This document shows positions 1 through 9,452 of a DNA stretch of 64,000 nucleotides, in pieces. The position numbers were made by a program, and so were the translations under genes. Each line of letters begins with the position of its first letter. The first letter of the stretch is position 1. The notes under the pieces are model-generated. The model worked only from the letters and a program-made list of their open reading frames with translations. It had not been told where the DNA came from and searched no databases. The DNA lies in assembly GCF_964204645.1 (NCBI RefSeq), contig NC_134036.1:6863304-6927303 (forward strand). The letters are read 5' to 3'. This DNA is from Tubulanus polymorphus. Lineage: Eukaryota; Animalia; Nemertea.

Positions 1-539
1 GATTCCTAATAATAAAATCATTACTATTAAGAATATGTTATTGATTATGGATAAATTCAAAAAGAATTGACAAAATATATTGCTTTGAATGGCCTTTAGA
101 TATTGGATAGGGCGATTTTGAATTATTTTTGGGGAATTTTATCGAGAAGCTCAAACTCCCTAAGGCGATAAATTCTTTAAGGCAGATCTTTCCCGATTAT
201 GATCCCACCATATGAATTGTTCACGAAACTTTTATGTATAAACACCTCACAATTAACGTAATGAATCAGTGACGTCCGGTTCCAATGTTTGCTCTATGGA
301 TTTCAAAATAAAAGAAAAATCTACGTTTAAACGTGATATCTGTTTCATTACTCGTGATATATCGGGGAATCTCTGCAATAAAATTGGACGATTTCAAAAA
401 TATTACAAAATGACCAAATTGCGATTCTTAGTGATTTTTGCTAACAGTATTGATTCTAGCGTATACGCGGATTTGTGTGATATGTAAAAAGTAACGTAGC
501 GAATAATCAAAGTATCTACTGTAGCTAGATATGACAATT

Positions 540-1230
540 AAAAATCCCCCAGAATATCTCCTTCAAAATACCTTCATCCGTTCAAAAAAGATCACCTGGT
601 AAAGATTTCCTATATAGAAATCTAAAAAATCTAAACCCTGGGTAAAAATCCCCCAAATATTCATACTTGGTGATTGTCAAGAACATGTCAAAGCACGATG
701 TTTCTCGAATTTGCAATGAGACTGAAATATGTTTGAACTTTTAAATGAAATCTTTCGTTGCGATAAATTCTTACGAATAAAATAAATTGTAAGAATTAAT
801 AAGAGTAATAAACTTTTATTTGTAATATCTTAAGATTCGAACTGGAATTTTTTTTGAATTTCAGCTGTGCGATGCCAAGAATTATTAGAAATAACGTACT
901 TTTGATATTAAATATTTTAGATTCAAGCTAGTGTAATATATTTGAAATGCGCGATGAACCCCTTTACTAAGCTGTGCAATAACTGCATGTATATGTACTA
1001 ATTTAGTATCAATGAAACGTTAATTTGTAGTATGTTTTAATTTAAATAGCATAGTTTGTATGGGCATATTGATATCCTTACGGTGTTCGACAGTAAAATA
1101 TGAATAAATTGGATATACGTATCAATAATACGAATTAATTGACCTTAAGATTGTATCTGCTTATAATCCCTTTAAAGGGAGGGGATTACCTAATTTGAAG
1201 AATTGGGGATTTTTACCGAGGGGATTTTTG
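540..1230. mobile_element. Possible degenerate non-autonomous TIR element (MITE-like)
   Basis: AAAATCCCC/GGTAAAAATCCCC motifs at 541 and 641 face the inverted motifs GGGGATTTTTACC at 1205 and GGGATTTTTG at 1220. The interior is AT-rich with no ORF. Exact termini and a target-site duplication were not identified. Confidence 0.35.
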
Positions 1231-1486
1231 CTCGCTTACTTAGATGTTTTGAACTATTGACTTAGTTATTTTATTAAGTTTAAGTTAATCACTAGTAAGT
1301 TTATTCATTGACCACTTGCATGATAGTTCTTGATATATTCATGATATGCAATGAAATGAAATGTAAGTTCATCACATTTCTGAACTCATTAATACCGATT
1401 TTAATTGTGTTAAGCCCCATGAAAAATATGTCATGTCATTATATTGAAAGCTTTATGTTTTATTAACATTGGTAGTAGTTCTCATA

Positions 1487-1597
1487 AATTTTCCTTGGCC
1501 TTTTTTTCCGTGGCCATTTTTTCCTAGACAAATTACCTTGGCCATTTTTTCCTTGGCCATTCTTTCCTGGCCATTTTTCCTTGGCCATTTTTCCAAC
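1487..1597. repeat. Minisatellite of ~7 x 14-15 bp, TGGCCATTTTTTCCT
   Basis: Direct reading of tandem TGGCC(A/T)T4-6CC units; a related inverted copy GTTGGAAAAATGGCAAGG lies at 2811-2828. Confidence 0.85.
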
Positions 1598-2194
1598 ATT
1601 CTGGGATTTTTTACAACTAACCCTTAGCAATGCACTGTAATGAACAATTTACTTTGTTTTGCTAAATTAACTACTTGTAATCAATTCACTATAGAACTGT
1701 GGTCGATCCTAACAAAGAGTCCGACGTGCTATTCTAAACTTCAGTGGACAAAAATCTCTTTCTAAAAATTACATTGCTAAGATATTCTTAGTCTTCATCT
1801 TTCAGCATGAACTCTAGGCCTGGATATATTTCGGATTCATTAAATGGTATCATGTGTGTGTAGAACGTTTGGGCGAAGGTATTATCCCCCTGGATCACGC
1901 GTAAAACAAACAGAAAACATATTTTCATACATAGGTCATCGCATTATAGAAATTGAACTGTTGACAAGTTGTATTAAATCTCTATAGATGAAACACTTTT
2001 AAGGAAAATGCATTATGTTTGTTGTTTCTATATAACTACTATCGACTTGCGCCTCGGGCTTAGTCAACTCGCCATCTTCATGATTGAAATATTTGATTAG
2101 GCAATCCTATCAAAAGTGGCGTAAATTCATACAAGCGAATAATTTGTTGTTTCCAAAGGTTTTTGTTACCGGCTCGTCTACACGGTAATGGTCG

Positions 2195-2765
2195 AAATTC
2201 CCCGGTAAAAATCCCCTAAGAATACCAATTAAAGAGCTTATGATTTGCTGCCGCTGGTATGTTTTCGTTTGTATTGCAAAATTAAGTCCAAAATAACTGG
2301 AATCGTTTTAAAGGATTTCTGTGAAAATTTTCAATTTTTCCCCGCACGTCAACAAGTGCCTTTCAAATCAAGATCGATTCCTCATGCGTAAAAACGATTG
2401 AAGCAATTTTTGCAGTTTTATTTATTTATGGTTTGATACGTCAAGATTTCAGTAAAAAGGGCAACATCATCGTTTATGTTAGCGAAGCTTGGTATACATG
2501 CAAGCTGACAATAACAAGCCACTGAATTTTATCTGGTTAGGCTTTGTATAGCTCATTATCTATAGAAAGTCAGTGATTAAGTCCTAAGTAAATATTGCTC
2601 AATTAAAGAGAATTCATTGTACAAGCCTATGAGGCACCCGTAAATCAAAAATGTATTTCACGGATTTTGCTGTGCGATGCGATAAATTATTGAAACTTTT
2701 TATTTGAAATATCTTTGAAATACTATTGAAATTTGAAATATTATTTTACCAGTGCGATAACTTTT
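2195..2765. mobile_element. Possible second degenerate fragment related to the 540-1230 element
   Basis: GGTAAAAATCCCC at 2204-2216. Bases 2669-2715 share GCTGTGCGATGC, TGCGATAAATT and AAACTTTT(T)ATTTG(A/T)AATATCTT with 759-875. Confidence 0.3.
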
Positions 2766-4337
2766 AGTATTAGTTTAGTACTAATGAAGTATTTCAATCT
2801 TTGGATAAACGTTGGAAAAATGGCAAGGGGAAAATTGCCGCTAAATAAACATTAGAATTTGCAAGTTTTGTAATAACTTTGAATTGTTAAATTTTACTGG
2901 ACATTGGTGTATGCTGAATATCACGAACAACGAAACATATATCTCATAAAAACGTTGATTGTTTTTTTCAACTTTCATCATTTCAATAACAATCAATCGA
3001 TTTTTAAGTCGATTTAATTACCAGGATAGCGACTACATGCGTTTGTGCTTTTAATCAACTAGTTTCCGAATCCGTGGTATGTCAATCAAATAATAATTTT
3101 TAAGTCGAGAAAAAGTAAGATGCATTATATCAACTAATTTCAATGTAAAGACTATAATGCTTCCTATATGAATCAATACTAAAGCATTCATACCGCAGGC
3201 CACTTAATCTTAAGCTTGATTGTGAGAGGTGTTTAAACATAATGGTCACATGAGTAATTAAATGGTTGTGTCACAAAGGGAGAAATCTGCCTTAGACATA
3301 ACATCCCGATATCTGGAGTTCTGGGCTTAGTAACGCATGTTTAGAATGAATTTTATCCAATATTTTTGTAACATAATGTTTTCTCTCTGCAAATTCCTGA
3401 CGTTTTCTGGGTGCTAACGTTCAGTGGCTAGTAGGCTGGATTGTATTTTCCCTTATTTCATAGATCTCCATGCATATAAACTTGAACTGAACTGAATGGG
3501 AACTGAGTTCGGTTAGGAGTAAAAACCTCCTTATCAACTCCTATTTCTGAATTGTATATAAAGGAGTGAAGAAAGAAACAAACCCTCATACCGAATACAC
3601 TTTTACGTATAAATGAGAATAATGTTCACTAGGACAATGGCTAATTTGCGACCGTAAATGAAAGAAATACGACTCGAATAATTTTTTTTATCATGCGTGA
3701 CACGCGAATCTCCTATTAACGCTACGAATGAGAGAAGAATCCACACGAATGAAATGTATCAACTTCATAATGATCTTTGATCTTTAATCCTTGAATGACC
3801 ATTCTTAATTAACACAAAACACTTAATATAAATGATTTGTATCGATTACTATAGAATTTCCATTTAAAGAATGCATTTATCAAATTACGTCCATTGACTC
3901 CGAAAATGAACCTTTAAACCCGTAAATTAGCTAAACTCGTGCCGTATTAAGCTATTTAGATTTATCGCAGTCTAGTGAAAATTTGTAAGCAGTCCTAATA
4001 TATTCCCTGTATAATCAAAACTTAATTTCTATGTTATGCACGTGTTTTAATTACGATTTCCCCTCTACATGTTTATCGGGAAGGGCCTGATTACAATCTG
4101 ATTACAGTTGATTGTCAACAAAGTTATAGTAATTTACTGTTAGACAAAGAAAATACTAAATCTATTTAGTTTTCTAAAATTGTATGTAGGCCTATGTCTC
4201 ATACCGTCTCATTACCTCGAACAATGTGTATCGTATCACTCGAAATTCATAAATCTACCGGCTTTATGGCTTTAAAAAAACTAATTACACCCAAAACACC
4301 TATCTTTCTAAAATTTCAGGTTACAGCATTTAGTGGT

Positions 4338-4672
4338 GGGAGGAAAAATTCCTCCCTAAATCAATATACTTTGAATCTAAGACTCGGGTTCGTTTTCCTT
4401 CAGTTGACAAATGACAATATTTCGAATATCAGACCAGGTCCATTTTCCTTCGTTTGACCATGGACGTATAAACTAGATTATACGTCGATGGTTTGACATA
4501 GGGAGGAACATTCCTCCCGACGTCGATACTTTGAATATCAGACCTGAAGGTCAAATTCTCTTCGTTTGACCTTGGGAGGAATATTCCTCCCAAAGTCAAT
4601 TGTTAAAATATCGGGCCCCTTGGTCAAGTTTCCATCGATTGACATTGGGAGGAATATTCCTCCCGCAGTCAA
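4338..4672. repeat. Short array of ~73-bp repeats carrying the palindrome GGGAGGAATATTCCTCCC
   Basis: Palindrome cores at 4338-4356 (imperfect), 4501-4518 (1 mismatch), 4574-4591 and 4647-4664 (both perfect). The last three are spaced 73 bp apart. A shared linker (GAATATCAGACC...GGTC...TTCGTTTGAC) recurs. Confidence 0.85.
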
Positions 4673-7600
4673 TTTTCACAATAGCAGTCCTCTTAATTGG
4701 TGACACTCAAAGAACGCGCGGCTCAGATTTCTATTGTGCGCCTATCGCGCTGCGTGTGAATCACTTACGTAATCTTTTCTGTAAATGTGAAGACCTCGGG
4801 GGCATTATGTTCTCTAAAGCCCAATATTATCCCAAATTCCGGACTGTTAATAGGTTGATTTTACGGCAGAGTCGACATGTTTCAATAAACTTTTAACTGT
4901 TCATTTATGAATATTTGAAGACTTATGAACTAAAAATTAGTTAAATTTATGATACATTTTGAGAAAGTCACAAAACAGTAGGTCGGTCGTCCATCCGTTC
5001 GTCAGTGTGCCGGCGGTGGTTGTTCGAAAAACGACTAAGTGCTGACCGGGCCTTGATCAGCGTTACGACCCGGAGCAGTGAGGGAGGGAGGGAGGCAGTA
5101 GGTCGGTCGTCCGTCCGTTCGTCAGTGTGCCGGCGGTGGTAGGTCGAAAAACGATTAAGTGCTGTCCGGGCCTTGATCGGCGTTACGACCCGGTGCAGTG
5201 AGGGAGGGAGGGAAGCAGTAGGTCGGTCGCCCGACCGTTCGTCAGTGTGCCGGCGGTGGTTGTTCGAAAAACGACTAAGTGCTGACCGGGCCTTGATCAG
5301 CGTTACGACCCGGCACCGGTCAGGGAGGGAAGGAGGGTGGCAGTAGGTCGGTCGTCCGTCCGTTCGTCAGTGTGCCGGCGGTGGTGGTTCGAAAAACGAC
5401 TAAGTGCTGACTGGGCCTTGATCAGCGTTACGACCCGGAGCAGTGAGGGAGGGAGGGAGGGAGGCAGTAGGTCGGTCGTCCGTCCGTTCGTCAGTGTGCC
5501 GGCAGTGCTGGTTGTTCGAAAAACGACTAAGTGCTGACCGGGCTTTGATCAGCGTTACGACCCAGTATCGGTCAGGGAGGGAGGGAGGCAGTAGGTCGGT
5601 CGTCCGTCCGTTCGTCAGTGTGCCGGCGGTGGTTGTTCGAAAAACGACTAAGTGCTGACCGGGCCTTGATCAGCGTTACGACCCGGAGCAGTGAGGGAGG
5701 GAGGAAGGCAGTAGGTGGGTCGTCCGTCCGTTCGTCAGTGTGCCGGCAGTGCTGGTTGTTCGAAAAACGATTAAGTGCTGACCCGGCCTTGATCAGCGAT
5801 ACGACCCGGTGCAGTGAGGGAGGGAGGGAGGCAGTAGGTCGGTCGTCCGTCCGTTTGTCAGTGTGCCGGCTGTGATGATTGTTCGAAAAACGACTAAGTG
5901 CTGACCGGGCCTTGATCAGCGATACGACCCGGTGCAGTGAGGGAGGGAGGGAGGCAGTAGGTCGGTCGTCCGTCCGTTCGTCAGTGTGCCGGCAGTGCTG
6001 GTTGTTCGAAAAACGACTAAGTGCTGACCGGGCCTTGATCAGCGTTACGACCCGGTGCAGTGAGGGAGGGAGGGAGGCAGTAGGTCGGTCGTCCATCCGT
6101 TCGTCAGTGTGCCGGCGGTGGTTGTTCGAAAAACGACTAAGTGCTGACCGGGCCTTGATCAGCGTTACGACCCGGAGCAGTGAGGGAGGGAGGGAGGCAG
6201 TAGGTCGGTCGTCCGTCCGTTCGTCAGTGTGCCGGCAGTGATGGTTGTTCGAAAAACGACTAAGTGCTGACCGGGCCATGATCAGCGTTACGACCCGGCG
6301 CAGTGAGGGAGGGAGGCAGGCACCAGGAGAGTCGTCGCCGGTAAGGGAGGGAGGGAGGGAGGCAGTAGGTCGGTCGTCCGTCCTTTCGTCAGTGTGCCGG
6401 CAGTGATGGTTGTTCGAAAAACGACTAAGTGCTGACCGGGCCTTGATCAGCGTTACGACCCGGCGCAGTGAGGGAGGGAGGCAGGCACCAGGACAGTCGT
6501 CCGCCCGTTAGTCAGTCTGCCGGCATTGGTGGTTCGAAACACGACTAAGTGCTGACCGGGCCTTGATCAGCGTTACGACCCGGCGCAGTGAGGGAGGGAG
6601 GCAGGCACCAGGAGAGTCGTCGCCGGTAAGGGAGGGAGGGAGGGAGGCAGTAGGTCGGTCATCCGTCCGTTCGTCAGTGTGCCGGCGGTGGTTGTTCGAA
6701 AAACGACTAAGTGCTGACCGGGCCTTGATCAGCGTTACGACCCGGCGCAGTGAGGGAGGGAGGCAGGCACCAGGACAGTCGTCCGCCCGTTAGTCAGTCT
6801 GCCGGCATTGGTGGTTCGAAACACGACTAAATGCTGACCGGGCCTTGATCAGCGTTACGACACGGCGCCGGTAAGGGAGGGAGGGAGGGAGGCAGTAGGT
6901 CGGTCGTCCGTCCGTTCGTCAGTGTGCCGGCGGTGGTTGTTCGAAAAACGACTAAGTGCTGACCGGGCCTTGATCAGCGTTACGACCCGGAGCAGTGAGG
7001 GAGGGAGGGAGGGAGGCAGTAGGTCGGTCGTCCGTCCGTTCGTCAGTGTGCCGGCAGTGCTGGTTGTTCGAAAAACGACTAAGTGCTGACCGGGCCTTGA
7101 TCAGCGTTACGACCCGGAGCAGTGAGGGAGGGAGGGAGGCAGTAGGTCGGTAGTCCGTCCGTTCGTCAGTGTGCCGGCAGTGATGGTTGTTCGAAAAACG
7201 ACTAAGTGCTGACCGGGCCTTGATCAGCGTTACGACCCGGCGCAGTGAGGGAGGGAGGCAGGCACCAGGAGAGTCGTCGCCGGTAAGGGAGGGAGGGAGG
7301 GAGGCAGTAGGTCGGTCGTCCGTCCTTTCGTCAGTGTGCCGGCAGTGATGGTTGTTCGAAAAACGACTAAGTGCTGACCGGGCCTTGATCAGCGTTACGA
7401 CCCGGCGCAGTGAGGGAAAGAGGCAGGCACCAGGACAGTCGTCCGCCCGTTAATCAGTCTGCCGGCATTGGTGGTTCGAAACACGACTAAGTGCTGACCG
7501 GGCCTTGATCAGCGTTACGACCCGGCGCCGGTAAGGGAGGGAGGGAGGGAGGGAGGCAGTAGGTCGGTCGTCCGTCCGTTTGTCAGTGTGCCGGCAGTGA

Positions 7601-8787
7601 TGGTTGTGCAAAAAACGACTAAGGGCTGACCGGGCCTTGATCAGCATTACGACCCGGAGCAGTGAGGGAGGGAGGGAGGGAGGCAGTAGGTCGGTCGTCC
7701 GTCCGTTTGTCAGTGTGCCGGCAGTGATGGTTGTTCGAAAAACGACAAAGGGCTGACCGGGCCTTGATCAGCGTTACGACCCGGAGCAGTGAGGGAGGGA
7801 GGGAGGCAGTAGGTAGGTCGTCCGTCCGTTTGTCAGTGTGCCTGCAGTGATGGTTGTTCGAAAAACGACTAAGTGCTGACCGGGCCTTGATCAGCGTTAC
7901 GACCCTGCGCAGTGAGGGAGGGAGGCAGGCACCAGGACAGTCGTCCGCCCGTTAGTCAGTCTGCCGGCATTGGTGGTTCGAAACACGACTAAGTGCTGAC
8001 CGGGCCTTGATCAGCGTTACGACCCGGCGCCGGTAAGGGAGGGAGGGAGGGAGGCAGTAGGTCGGTCGTCTGTCCGTTCGTCAGTGTGCCGGCGTTGGTT
8101 GTTCGAAAAACGACCAAGTGCTGACCAGGCCTCGATCAGCGTTACGAACCGGCACTGGTCAGGGAGGGAGGGAGGGAGGCAGTTGGTCGGTCATCCGTCC
8201 GTTCGTCAGAGTGCCGGCGGTAGTTGTTCGAAAAACGACTTAGTGCTGACCGGGCCTTAATCAGCGTTACGACCCGGTATCGGTCAGGGAGGGAGGGAGG
8301 CAGTAGGTCGGTCGTCCGTCCGTTCGTCAGTGTGCCGGCGGTGGTTGTTCGAAAAACGACTAAGTGCTGACCGGGCCTTGATCAGCGTTACGACCCGGAG
8401 CAGTGAGGGAGGGAGGGAGGGAGGGAGGCAGTAGGTCGGTCGTCCGTCCGTTCGTCAGTGTGCCGGCAGTGCTGGTTGTTCGAAAAACGACTAAGTGCTG
8501 ACCGGGCTTTGATCAGCGTTACGACCCGCCCCCGGTAAGGGAGGGAGGGAGGGAGGCAGTAGGTCGGTCGTCTGTCCGTTCGTCAGTGTGCCGGCGGTGG
8601 TTGTTCGAAAAACGACTCAGTGCTGACCGGGCCTTGATCAGCGTTACGACCCGGACCAGTGAGGGAGGGAGGGAGTTTGGCAGTAGGTCGGTCGTCCGTC
8701 CGTTCGTCAGTGTGCCGGCAGTGCTGGTTGTTCGAAAAACAATTAAGTGCTTACCGGGCCTTGATCAGCGTTACGACCCGGAGCAGT

Positions 8788-8907
8788 GAGGGAGGGAGGG
8801 AGGGAGGGAGGGAGGGAGGGAGGGAGGGAGGGAGGGAGGGAGGGAGGGAGGGAGGGAGGGAGGGAGGGAGGGAGGGAGGGAGGGAGGGAGGGAGGGAGGG
8901 AGGGAGG
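8788..8907 (+). repeat. Expanded (GAGG)30 microsatellite inside a satellite monomer
   Basis: 120-bp pure GAGG run at the position that normally holds 4-5 units. Confidence 0.95.
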
Positions 8908-9137
8908 CAGTAGGTAGGTCGTCCGTCCGTTCGTCAGTGTGCCGGCAGTGCTGGTTGTTCGAAAAACGAGTAAGTGCTGACCGGGCCTTGATCAGCATTA
9001 CGACCCGGAGCAGTGAGGGAGGGAGGGGGACAGTAGGTCGGTCGTCCGTCCGTTCGTCAGTGTGCCGGCAGTGATGGTTGTTCGAAAAACGACTAAGGGC
9101 TGACCGGGCCTTGATCAGCGTTACGACCCGGAGCAGT

Positions 9138-9269
9138 GAGGGAGGGAGGGAGGGAGGGAGGGAGGGAGGGAGGAAGGGAGGGAGGGAGGGAGGGAGGGAG
9201 GGAGGGAGGGAGGGAGGGAGGGAGGGAGGGAGGGAGGGAGGGAGGGAGGGAGGGAGGGAGGGAGGGAGG
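9138..9269 (+). repeat. Expanded (GAGG)~33 microsatellite with one G>A interruption
   Basis: 132-bp run read directly from the sequence. Confidence 0.95.
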
Positions 9270-9376
9270 CAGTAGGTCGGTCGTCCGTCCGTTTGTCAGT
9301 GTGCCGGCAGTGATGGTTGTTCGAAAAACGACTAAGGGCTGACCGGGCCTTGATCAGCGTTACGACCCGGAGCAGT

Positions 9377-9452
9377 GAGGGAGGGAGGGAGGGAGGGAGG
9401 GAGGGAGGGAGGGAGGGAGGGAGGGAGGGAGGGAGGGAGGGAGGGAGGGAGG
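9377..9452 (+). repeat. Expanded (GAGG)19 microsatellite
   Basis: 76-bp run read directly from the sequence. Confidence 0.95.

Noticed and set aside
268-285. CRE-like TGACGTC motif as a promoter element
   Set aside because: It is a single imperfect short match with no associated gene or other support.
4338-4672. Mini-CRISPR reading of the 73-bp palindromic repeats
   Set aside because: The period is CRISPR-like, but the linkers are clearly similar to each other and the context has no prokaryotic gene content.
269-4896. Short flank ORFs 269-487, 4194-4457 and 4600-4896
   Set aside because: All are under 100 aa with no recognisable motif, two rely on non-ATG starts, and two overlap the palindromic repeat. 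Small spliced exons cannot be excluded but are unsupported.
4999-5005. Hammerhead ribozyme core CUGACGA on the minus strand of each monomer
   Set aside because: No stem II followed by GAAA on that strand (only CGAAC), so the catalytic core is incomplete.
5022-5038. CENP-B box (TTCGNNNNANNCGGG)
   Set aside because: TTCGAAAAA matches the first half, but the required CGGG is ACTA. The minus strand also fails.
5035-5064. 5S rRNA gene array or 5S-derived satellite (120-bp unit; CTAAG...CGGGCCT resembles the box A/intermediate element region)
   Set aside because: Similarity is limited to about two short words. There is no box C, terminal stem, poly-T terminator or spacer. A cmsearch with the Rfam 5S model would settle it.
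8788-9452. Telomeric repeat
   Set aside because: The G-rich runs are GAGG tracts embedded in monomers, not TTAGGG/TTAGG-type terminal arrays.
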